This document shows, piece by piece, positions 12,801 to 25,700 of a stretch of 64,000 nt of DNA (within the stretch, counting starts at the first letter, position 1; each line of letters opens with the position of its first letter). Both the position numbers and the translations under genes were made by a program. Source of the DNA: Chrysomallon squamiferum (lineage: Eukaryota; Animalia; Mollusca); the NCBI GenBank assembly GCA_012295275.1, contig CM022672.1, positions 26,598,001-26,662,000 of the forward strand, read 5' to 3'. Under the pieces are notes generated by a model that saw nothing but the letters and a program-made list of their open reading frames with translations, was not told the DNA's origin and ran no database searches.

Positions 12801-15614
12801 ATTTAGTTGCCAGGCTGGAAGGATCACTGTCCAATGTTGAAGCTCTTCGTGATCTTCGAGCTGAGCTGATTTCAAGAAAAGAGGTAACACTTGTTGTGTC
12901 CTTCAGTTAGTTACAATATCGCTTAGTCCAATGTTTCTTTTTTCATTTTTTTTTTTAGGTTTGAGAAGTTTTAATTTAATTTTTTATTTTAAAATATTGT
13001 TTTTCAGAGATTACATGAAATTATCATTGAAGAACTAAATAGACAGATCTATGAGAAATCTATCCTACGCCTCAGTCTTCGCAGAGGTTCCCTTAAAAAA
13101 GCAGGTAAATATTAAACACTAAATTTCTTATGTGAGATCAGTATAGGTTTTTCAAATGCAAGACATCATTTAATTATTATTTTTATTCTAATTTTTAAAA
13201 ATCTTTTTAATTGATATGCCCTTTGTTTTGTTACTGAAAGATACGACTGAGCATAACAATTATTCTAAGCACATATATCCTCAGTTTCTTAATATGACAA
13301 TACATGTTTCTTAACTCTGCTAAAGACACATTATTATTGTTCATTTAATTAAATAACCCATTCAGTTTCCTTTCTTCTCCTTTTAAGATGTCTCATATTT
13401 TGGCATCTATGAATTGCACCGGAACATCCAAAATAATCAGTATTGGCTAAAATAGTGTTTATTGCTGTTGAAATGTAAAGGTATTAGTGGTTCATGATTT
13501 GGTAAAAAAGCTTTATTTCAAAGTAAATCTGTATTGTAATATATTTTACAGGTATTAACTTTGGCCGAGACAGTCCAACATCTTTGTTTGACGATGACAC
13601 TGACATTGATGTGAAGGAAGTGAAAGAAGAGATTAATGTTAATCCTGAAGAGAACCATCCTAATTTCATTGCAGTCCTTATTGAGTCCCTTTCAGCTCTT
13701 AAGAAATTACCTGATGCTGTGGAGGTATTATTCCTGTATGGATGCATGGATGGGTGGATGGAGTATGGATAACTTCTTGAAAGAATGATAATGGATGGGG
13801 TTGGATAAATGTATCAGATAAAAGAATACATTTTAAAGGATGGTTAGAATGTTAGAATAAAGAGATGGGTTTTATATTAAAATGCATGAACTAATGCAGA
13901 GAGAAAAAGAATAAAAGAATATATGTTTAACAGAACCACAGCATTTGTTTTTAAATTACAGCTTTTAGGTATCAGTTTTACTGATACCTTCTGAAATATG
14001 AAACAAATTACCACACCTATTCTTACCTGTTTGAAGTAAGGAATCTTTTATGAGTGTTCTGAAATACTAGAAAACTTATTTGTGGAGGATATGTTGAATT
14101 CAAGCCAAATGGCAACCTATTTTATCTCAGAATAGATATTTAACATGTTAGCAGTTTGATAAATATTTTTTGTTTTGAAGTAAAAATTTATAATTTGCTG
14201 ATTTATTTCAGACTAATATTTAACTAAGATTCATTATGGGAAATGAAAATCTTTTTTCAAATATAAATATTAATACCCAGTTTTAATTCTAAATCTTATT
14301 TATTTATTTTATAGGCTGTGAAGATGAAAATTCATCCAGAACTGCTTTCCCTTGTTGCAAAATCATCACTTCAGATAGTTGATAGGTAAGTCATAACTTC
14401 AGTTTGTATAATCCTTAAGTATTACTTATTTGAATATGTCTTTAACTCTCTTGAATGAAGTTATTCTACTCACTAGCCATTTCTTTAACCACTGAAATCC
14501 AGAACTACTTGAATATTATTTTCAGAAATAAAATTATCAAACAAGATTTTTTAAATGTGGTCATTGTGTTATGTTACTAACTGTATGTCAAAATACTCAG
14601 TCTCTACTACTGTTGATTTTTAAATGCCATAACACCAAAAAACAATAATTCTTGAATTTTTTTTAAGGATTTTATTTTGTTTTCTTAATAAGAAAACATG
14701 TAGAAATTTGAGAAACGTACCCCTACCCACCCAGAGAAACTTTAATAACATATTTATTTTCCATTAACTCTATTACTGCTTGGTATTACTGTATTTCTCT
14801 GTTTCAGTGCTGGAGAAAACCTGGCCATTCATAACCAGCCTCGTTATCTTCTTGAATTGTTAGAGATCATTTTCCAGCAGTTTAGAAATGTGGCCTCAAT
14901 GCATGCACTTGTATTGAGAAATGTGCACAGAGCAATGGTGAGTTTACTTATTGCTGTAATGCATTTTAATAATTAGAATAAAGTTATTATTTTAATAAAC
15001 AGTAACTTGAGGGGGATCATTGCTTGATAAACATAGCATTTATTTGGCATCCTATGTTAAAGTTTTAACTTTGGTGAGATAGATAAACTGTACAATTATC
15101 TGTTTCTGATTTAAGCATTTAAAAATATTAATTCAGAATTCATAATTTTGTAGCAAGATTGTCATTTTGTTTTTCTCATGATAGAAAAAAAAAGTTTAAA
15201 TATTTAATCAAAGTTAAATAATTTTTTAAAACAATTTTTATTGATAGATGCAGTTTTAATGCTTTAGGATGGGGTTTTATTTATTGTTTCTTCCTCTCTC
15301 CCTTTTTAAATTAAAAATTATATTGATACCACATTCTATTTCATTTTTTTTTATATGTATTAGTTTTATTATAGAATGAGTTTTCTTTTTAAAAAAATCT
15401 AAAAACATTGTTATTATTGTCTTTCGAATTTTTTCTTTTTTTCTTTTCTTTATGTATAGATTTTTATTATAGAATTATTTTGATTTTGATATATCCAAAA
15501 TTTGCCCTATTTTTAATGGTGGTGAATAGACTTTCATTTATTTATTTAAAAAAAATATATTAATATAATTATTATTTTATTTTTTATTATTATTACTATT
15601 ACTATTACTATTAC

Positions 15615-15666
<52 letters not shown>

Positions 15667-16874
15667 TATGATATAATTTTTAAAATAATCATTGTACAAA
15701 ATCTAAGTTAAAATAAACATACTTTGTTAGAATTTAATTTCCTTTAAAAGCTTACTGTAAAGCTGCAGTCACCAGGGGAGGTAATTATAAATTACAATGT
15801 GTTTGGTTGAAAAGAAGGTTTTAAATTAATATTGCCTTTGTTCTCCCATTTCTTTTATTTATTATTATTTTTTTTTAATTGAAAAAGTATATTTGTATAT
15901 TGCAATATTATTTTAGTTCAGCATGTGAATAAATTGTTCTATAATGCACGAAGAAATAAATAAAACATGCATGGCTATATATACACATATATATAAAATA
16001 AAGTTAAGTGTTAGAAATAAAAAGGATAAAGATAAAATTGGTGAATTTGAAAGTATTTAAATGATTCTATTGAGGAGAACTGATCTTTACATCATTCAGA
16101 TTTAGCCAAAAGCTCTAACCAATTCAAAGATTGATGACAAATTTCCTAAAAATGTTATTATAGTGTTGAGCACTATCTGACAATTACTGAAGTTATGTTG
16201 AATTTCTCAAGCCAAACTTTAGTCACTTAAATGTTCTTAGCTTTATGTGAAAATTTTAGAAACTGAGAGAACAAAATAAAAATTTTGTTTGTCAGGAAAA
16301 TGGAGCCATTTCCATTACAGCTGCAAAAGCACTAATACAGTTAGTTAAATGGATCAAAAGAAAAGTAAAAATACAGCAGCTATGTTTTGATATTTAATGT
16401 AGAAATATATTGAGAGAAAAAGAAAAAAAAGAAAGATATATGCATGATATAATTATTTTGTTTGGAATCGTTTGTTTTGTCATTTTTCTTGCACTTTCCT
16501 TTTCTTTTTCAAACATGTTAGTTTACTTTTAATTTGCCAAATGTGTTAGTTTTTGGTGTTGTTTAATAGATGAGTTTAATTTAGTTTTATGCAAAAAAAT
16601 TGAACATTGTTGCATTTTCCATTTTATGTGTATGTCATGTTTGAAAGACAGGAATTTATCTGAAGCATTGTGAGCCATAATTATTAATGATTGTTGAATG
16701 AACAGTTAACATATTATACCTAATGGCAGATTTCATCAATAAGAATTTACAAAATTGATAAACATTTACTAGTATCTTCCTCTTTGGCAATGATATACTT
16801 GCCTGTCTCTTTTTTGTCTATTTTTCTTTTTTAAATCTTAAATTTTTTATTAATTTATTTATTTATTTTATATA

Positions 16875-16911
<37 letters not shown>

Positions 16912-19900
16912 GGGTGAAATTTAGAATGATGTAAAATATTTCATTAATATTAGAATTCATCAGAATTCTTACTTCATTTGCAAAAACAAACACCCAACAT
17001 CTATATGTGCACACATCTCTGTGTAATATTATTGTGCATCTGCATTTATTTTTTGTTTTTAATTTATTCTATGCACCAGTATTTTTGTAATAAATTAAAA
17101 ATAAATTTTAGACACAATGTCTAAGACCCTAATAATACTGTTTAAAACAATATTTAAAATGATTACTTTTTGTTATTATTTTTATTTGTTTAATTATTAT
17201 TATTATTATTATTTTTTTTTTTTCCTATTTTAAACTGTATATGAAATTTTAGGAAATATTGTATTTTGTATTAAAATATTTTGATATTTTTCAGACTTCT
17301 GGAATGCCAATGAAATCTGATTTGATGTATGACATGAAAGATGTATGGTTTGAAATACAGGCAGTGGTAAGAAAATGACATGCTTTTACTTAATTGGAAA
17401 AAAAAATAATAATCTATTTGAAATCCTTAAGAGATTTTGGTGTGTCTGGTAGGGTATGTATAGATGTCTGTTTCATGTATGTTTTCATTTATTTTTGTGA
17501 ATTCTTGGATGTGTTCAAAGTAAAACAATTTTTTTAAATATTTGTTACTGACATTGTTTCCATTAAGAAAAATCATCAATTTGAATTACTTTATAGAAAG
17601 TGTCTGATTTAAATTTTATATAGGATTATTTTAATAATTTACAGAGTTTTTTCTTGTGTCTGGTAGGGTGTGTTTGTTTCACGTGTGTATTCATTTATTT
17701 TTGTGAATTCTTGGATGTGTTGTTGGCATGCATATTTGAATGAATATTTATGACTGTGTAAATAATCATTATTAATATGTAAACTTTTTGTTTGGATTAG
17801 TAACACATTTTTATAATTTACTAAATAAAATTAGACAAATTCATCTCAGTAATTTCTAAAGCTATCTATCATATTAAACATATTATTACATTTGTTTTAC
17901 ACAGCTACAAGTACTGCTGGGTGAATACCTGGATGTGAAAAATATGCTGCATTCTCGACAGCAGGCTCCTAGTGGTTTTGATGAGCCAAGTATGGACATT
18001 GGATTGTACTTCAGCAAGAAACGTCCAACAAAACCCAAAAAGGTATGCATTCGTGTCAAATCATGAGGATTATTTAAGGGGTTTATATTAAATATTCTGG
18101 TTTTAATTATTCAGGTAAAACCTAGTAGAGCATGTAAAGGTATAAAAAGCAGCAATGCAAATACAAATTGCATCATTTTAAGGATTATTTTAGATGTTAA
18201 ATAGTCTGGTTTAATTTTTTGAGATAAAACCTGCAAAACACATAAAGCTTTGAAATGAAAACACAATAACAAAACATTGTTGATCAGTCTTTTTTGGTTT
18301 TTAAACTTCATTGTTTTAGGATTTTCTTCTTCTGTTTTGTTCCAATGATTTTGGAATATCAAAGGTTTAATAGCAAAAGATACAATATTGAATTTGTTAC
18401 TTTATATTATATGCATTTATATTGTTAAAAGTGTGATAGAACCCTCCATAATTTTGGTTCAGTTAAAGATAAGATTTAAAGGCAAGGTGAACACTGGGGT
18501 ATCATGAATTTTGATTCCTGTATGTATATTGAAATATTTTGTAAGTGTTTAATATATGTCTGTAATGTGATAGATTATATATCATCTCAGTTTTGATTAA
18601 AGCATATTTTATCATGTTCATTTTTTTTGATTTATTGTCATTGTTTTGTTTTAATTTGGTTATGATATTTGAAACAATTTAAAATGTAATGTTTTAATAT
18701 TTTCAGGTGTCTTTGTTTCGATTTGATGCCTCACTCCATGCACTGAGCACAAACAGTTACCATGATGACAGTAGAAGATTTGACAGAGTAAGTCTTTAAA
18801 ATATTTGTTATAAATGTAGTGTTTTTCTATATTCCTCCTTCTTCTTTTTCTTCATAACATTATTATTTTATTTTTAGAATTATTTCATGCAGTTTTTATG
18901 CTAATTGAAAATAAAAGTTAAAAATGTAAATGGTTAATTGATGTATGAAAATATTTCTTTAATTTTTGTTCCTATTTCATTGTAAATATTTTATTGAAAC
19001 ATTACTTGTAAATGCCTAAGTTATGGTTTTCATTTTGCTAAAATGTGATAGAAATCAACAATATATTTCATTTGAAATCAATAAACCTACATGAATTAAC
19101 CTGAGAATTCAGTTTTTAATGAGGTTTAACTGAGTGCATTTTACCATAGTTTTATAATTAATAAGTATATATATAAAATTTTCATATGATAAACTGGTTC
19201 TGGTTTTCTTGGTTCCCAGTTTTCTTCTTTTTACAGTTTTAGTAGAGTGTCAAGAACATTTTCTTAAAATTTCTTTTCTTTGTTCATTTCAGACTGAGTT
19301 ATTTGGTGATAAAGGTTTACTGGCTGGATTGGGAAAACACCAGTTAGTCTGCAGGCCAGATGCCAACAACATTACTAGTGAGAGTTTAATTTTCTTTCTT
19401 ATGTAATGGTCCACATATGTGTATATATATTTAAGTTATATGAAATAAAAAATAAAAACAGTTAATGAAGATGGAACAATAATTATTTAAATAAAATAAA
19501 ATCTCTCTGATTATTGACACTGTAATACTATTCAAATTAATACTCATTATTTTATGATATTAATTCTTTTATCACTTTATCAGTTTCCTGAAATAGACTG
19601 AAAATTTTACCTTTATATCAGTTTAGAAAACAAAAAAGTGTCTCTGTAACAACTGAGTGTCAAATAATATATATTTTTTATGTCAAATATGCTTTGTTGA
19701 AAACAGTCTCAGTAAATAATACATGTATGTTCAAATAGCTAGTTACGGTTACTGTTTTAATCTATTTATTTGTAGTAATTATTTCAGTCAGAATATCATC
19801 AAGTCATTGTGATATTGTAAAACACTTAACAAATGCGTAGTTATTATTTTTTTTTTCCTTCAACAGTCATATATAAACCTTTGAGAAATTTTATAAGAGA

Positions 19901-21072
19901 AATTGAAGCTGCAATGGAAACTCCTCCAATGTAAGTATTAATATCATTTCTTTCTTCCTATATTCTTCTTAATAATTATAATTGTTATTTTATTTTGAGT
20001 AAATATTTTTTAGAATGTAACAGTTTAATTTTGTTCTTATAATTTGTTCATCATACATAATAGTTATCTAATTACTTTTTCTACTATGGATTTTATAATA
20101 AAACAAACCTTTAAATCAGAAAATATTCCAAACAGACCTCTTTACATTCTGTCATTTTAATAATATTCTATTTTTTTAATTGCCACCAAACATGATGTTA
20201 CATTTTACGCATCCAGTTAGCATTTAAGGAAATATAATAATTCTGATTGTATTTATTATTATTTTTATTCTTTCCTTATTTAGATTCTGAGAATTATTTA
20301 TTTATTTCAGCCTGCAGGAATATATCACTGAATTTGTGGAGAATGCTTTTCTGGGACAGGTGCATCAGAAAGTTTCTCAAAGTATTGACGCAGCCACCAG
20401 AGGTAAGGGATTTATTAATTCATTTCTTATGTATTTCTTACAACAAGAGGCCTTGTCGTTTTAATGTGATAACTTGAGTTTTTCACTTCTTATTAATTAT
20501 CCCCAACTAATGTGATTAAATGTTTTTTCGACCTTATTTATTGTGTTTTAATAGGATCCATAAATCATAACATTGATAATATTTATTTAAACAAAAAAAC
20601 TGAATTTTAATTCAGCGGTAGTTAAAAACATTTAAATTTTGCTTTGTTACAAAATTAAAGATAGTAATAAGATACATAGACATTGTTTTATTCGTGATAA
20701 TTCTGCTTGAAAATTACCACAATACTACTAATGCTAATTCATGCTTGCAAATGCATAATAATTTTTACAATTTCATTACACATACACTGTGTTATAGTAA
20801 CATGATTTTTCTCACCATGTCACACACACAGACATACACATACACAGAAAGTCTTTTTGAAAGACAGAGTAAATAAATTAAATTAAATTTATAGATACAG
20901 CTTAATACGAACGAACCAGTTTCATAAATAAATAATATATTTTCTGAATTTACTTATAAACTGTGTCATTAGTGTGTACATAGAATAAATAAATATATTT
21001 CCAAAACTTTTGTAAATGCAACTGATCCTATTCTTTTTATTCCCATCCCATCATTTGCATCGTTGCTTTGGG

Positions 21073-21108
<36 letters not shown>

Positions 21109-22731
21109 GTGCACTTTTTGTTTTTTTGAGGTTTGTGGTTTTTTAATGTCTAGCTGCAATCTGGGATTATATTGTTACTGTTATTATTTACCATGTTTCT
21201 AATAAAATTTCAGTAGATGAATATTTGTAAGTTATTGTTTGTCTTTTACTAATGTCAGTCATTGAGGAAGAAGATGGCCAACACAAATGTGAGTCAGCAG
21301 ATGTTGTGAAATGAGTTTCCAAAAATATTTTGTGTTCAGCATTCCTTTTTCAGATTTATTTTCAGACTAAAATTATCAAGTTTTGTCTTTCAGTTTTTCT
21401 TTGCTGATTTATTGAAATGTTTATTGTTTAGTTATTATTATATTTTCTGTCTGTCTGTGACTCTGTCTGTTTGTTTCTGTTTGTTTGTGAGTCTGTCTCT
21501 GTTTCTGTTTCTGTCTCCATATTTTATCTCACATAAATATATTTATCATTTTAATTCTCTATTGTGTTATATATTTATATCTAATTTTGTTTGAGAAAGA
21601 AAATAGAAAGAATTAGTTTGTTTAGATATTTTCTATTACTTGGTACATTATATGATTTCTGAAATCATGTGCCAGTACTAAAAAAAAAATAAAAAAAAAA
21701 AGAAAGGAAAAAGGTGTGTGTGTGTTATAAATAAATCTCAAGATGTTTGTTTTTCTATTTATAATAATACTTGATTAATTATAGAAGCTTAGTCTGACTT
21801 GTTATTGTTTTAAGTGCATTTCTGTTTATTATTTTATTTCTCAATTTGTATTAATACCTATCTTTGCACCTATGTAAAATATATTAGTCTCATATTATAT
21901 ATCTAATTATTTTACTAATTTCAAACTTTTTTAAATGTTTGTTTTTTCTATTTGTTTAACAGTTTAATCATTATTTGGTTCACTAATTATATGTTTATTA
22001 AAAGTATATTTCTCTTTTTCTTAAATGATTGCTTGTGTTTGAAAGGTGTCTTTCATTATTTTGTCATCTTTCAAGCAAGATGTGTTTATTTTCAGATACT
22101 AACAATTTAATAAATGTTGTTAATCTTTGTGATTTTATCATGGTTCAAATCCTGTCCATTTTTAAAATGAAATAACCATTAAAATAAAAGTATTAAACTG
22201 ATATGTTTACTTTATAAACAACTAATAATGCAGACAGAAATATTTAGTTAGAATGGGAAATCTTATGAGATACTAACAACAAATTAAATTTTTTTGAAAC
22301 AGTTTATATTGCTTTTTTTTTGTGTGTGTGTGTTTTTTATAACCAAGCACAGTATATGGATTTAATATGTTGCAGGTTTTGATGCTTTGAGGAATGTTAT
22401 TGATGAAAAAACCAGAAGAGAATTGGGGGTCCCCAGGCCACTGTTGCAGGTATAACTTTCACCTTTATAATTTTAAGATGTACTATGAAATACCTATTAA
22501 GAAATAAAACTAATGTTTTATAGGAAACATTTTTCATTTAAATAAAACTAATATGATTAATAAGAATTCACTATTAATAAAAAAAAAACATGCATTTAAA
22601 AAATAAAATTAGCGTACTGTATGTGTTCCAGATTCTATTTGTGAACTTGTAATATGTATCAGTGTCACACATATTATGATTATTGTTGTTGTTGTTGTTG
22701 TTGTTGTTTTTATTTTCATTATTTAGCACTG

Positions 22732-22765
<34 letters not shown>

Positions 22766-25700
22766 TTTATTATCATCATTATTATGTAATTGAAAATTAC
22801 TTCAGAGCACAGTGACAGTTGACAAGAACATTGATGATCTGCAAGGACTGATGCATGACCTGCCTGACTACGCAGATCAGTTTCTCAACATGATTTGTAA
22901 TGTGCTGCGTGACTACAGAGACAAATGTCACTCTGCTTACAGAGGTAGCACTCTAAATGTATTTGTTATAATTGTCCAAACATAGAGTTAGAACAGTCTG
23001 AAGTTAACTATCATAACGCTCTGAAAACTTTGTTGTTGTAATACCTTTAATCAGTATATCACTCCAAAAATAGGTTTAGGATATTAAACTAGTTATGATA
23101 ACACTCTAAACTAGTCATCATAACACTCAAAAGTTAGTTATTGTAATACCCTTAGTCATAACACTGTAATCATGATTGTTATAATATCCTGAACCTAGTC
23201 ATCATAACACACTTAACATTTTAATCTAAGTCATTATAACACTTAAAATTTAGACATAATAATTGTTAAAATGTAGTTTTCATAACATCTTATTCATCTT
23301 CTTCTTTGTCAAATGCTAACATCTTAATCTAAGTCACTGTGGCATTCAAAATTTAGTTATCATAATTGTCTGAACATAGTAATTTGTAATACCTCAGTTT
23401 TATTTCTTGTAATATTAAAAGTTTAGTCATCATAACTTTCAGAAATCAGTTACTCTTAGTTTTATCATAATCTTCTACAACTTAATTTCCTAATTATGTT
23501 TCATCATTATATGTAATTTTTTTAATGATGATAGTTAATAAATGAAATATGATATTTGTATTAATTTGTATTTTACACTATTTATACCACATGGTTCAGT
23601 TGAGAAATGTGTTATCAGTATATGTAAAAATAGGTTTAATGATAATAGTTAATAAATAAAATATGATGTTCATATTAATTTGTACTTTACAGACATTGTA
23701 CAGCATGGTTCAGATGAGAAACGAGTTATCAGTGCTCTGTGGGCTAAAGATGAAGATATAAGCAGATTTCTCAGGTTTCTTTTATTATTCATTATTTTTA
23801 ATGATTAAAACTGTATGTTAAATGTTTTGTCAGAGTAGATCACTGATTAGTTTTTTTTTATAACTATAATACACTCTTTTCTTTAGTAGACATTCACCAC
23901 TTCATACTATCTCTTACACCATCTGTTTCATTTAAATATTTTTTTTAAAATGTTAAAAATGTATCCAGATTAGTAAACTGTTTCAGGAAAAGACTGCAGC
24001 CCATTTTACTTGTGAGAAAAATGTAGCTACCATTCATTAACAAGTTGAACAAATTCAGTAAAGAATTTAAAATAATTTAATCATTGTAACAACAAATAGT
24101 ATTGTATTATATTTTCATGGTTTATAGAAGGCATTGAAAGCAACATGATAAGACATTGTTTATTTATTTACTTGTTTCAGTATTCATATTTCAAAACAAA
24201 AAAATTATTTGCATAAAAATCTGTTTTTTAGCTTATTAATAAATAATTTTACCTCTTTTTGTCCTTTTGTAATTTCAGCCAGAAATTTATTTTTAAAAAA
24301 CCCACCAAGGAAACTGCTATCCTGAGATTAGGAGAGTGTAACAAATGTCTGTTTACAATGTTTCAGATCACTTCCCAGCTGGCGAGCTCTTCGACATCAA
24401 GGTAAAGAAATGAACCAGGCCATCTGCTCCGAGGAGGAGATGCGGATGTTGAGTGTCAAAGAAGTAACCATCCTCATCAGCAACCTGTCATCTGATGATT
24501 CACTCATACCCCAGCATGAGATCATCACTGACATCACACAGATGAGAACAATAGCCAATGTCCACGAGAGTTTAGTGAGAACATTTTCTCTCTTTTTATT
24601 GTAGCCTGGCGTGTTGTGTATGTTGATTCTGAAAATGATAATCATTCTACTTTCAATTTATTTGACATGTAAATAAAACTGTTAGGTTATTGGATTCTCA
24701 TTTTTTCTAAAACCATTGTTTATTTTCTTTAATAACAGCTGTTCCAGACTGTTCATAATTCATAATAATAACATTTTAAAATATAAGTGAACCTCAGACT
24801 TAAATAGCAATAGAATTCTTTAAAAAGTTGAGTTCTATTTTAGTCTAATACATTATATATATATTTCAAGAAGGTTGTTTTATTTCTTTAATGTTTGTTA
24901 ATAATAAATAGTGACAATACAGTTAATGGCCATATGGGCAGCCATTTTATCTTCTTTTTGTTATGGATTCATGATGTCATATCTAATATCTAATAGATTT
25001 AAAAAAAGACAACAACAAATTCATAGATGTGACTAACAATGAAGGCAAATAAGCAAAGTATTAGAATATTTAACAAGTAGTCATAGTTTATAATTAAGCT
25101 GAGGCAAAATGTTTTTCTATACTAATGTGACTACATTAGTTGTTTTCATTCAGTTTATATTAGTAGCAAATCACGTTATTTGTGTAAAGATAGTTACTTA
25201 AGTGTTTATTTTTCATTTTTAGGAATGGTTTGCAGGAAGACTGCAGAATTTTGCTGACAGTCTGTCATCAAAAACTACCACTGTCAGTGGCAAAGAAGGT
25301 TCCAGTTCCAGACCCTTTCATAGTATCAGTTAGTGTTCATAATTCATTATTTTCTTAAAATTCAGTCTTTGTGCATAGTTCTGGCTTAATAAAGTTGTCC
25401 TAAAAGTTGTTATGTACACAGTTTGAGGAAGATTATTGGTAGTACAAAAACAAAGAATGTTTGTCTCATGATAACAAATTTAAGCATTCTTATTTACCTA
25501 AGTTTTATATCTCTTGGTGTAACTAGAGCTCATAATTTTTTTTAATTTTTTTTTGTTTTTATTTTTTATGTAAATGGATTGAAGGTACTGAACACAATAA
25601 CCGAATTAACTATTTTTATAATTCATTAAGGCTTTTAATGTATTATCTTTTTCAGGAAATTCCACCAGTATCAGACAATGCATTGCAGTAAGTATAGATA

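Noticed and set aside
13388-13440. Exon-like stretch after ttttaag in EXOC4 intron 8
   Set aside because: No donor in the phase needed to rejoin exon 9, and the frame reaches a stop.
16131-16190. Possible intronic C/D box snoRNA (TGATGA ... CTGA)
   Set aside because: Short, with no clean terminal stem outside the boxes and no rRNA-complementary guide I could recognise; such motifs are common by chance in AT-rich DNA.
23001-23470. Regularly spaced repeats superficially like a CRISPR array
   Set aside because: The units are degenerate and adjacent with no unique spacers, lie in a eukaryotic intron, and no cas genes are present; this is a minisatellite.
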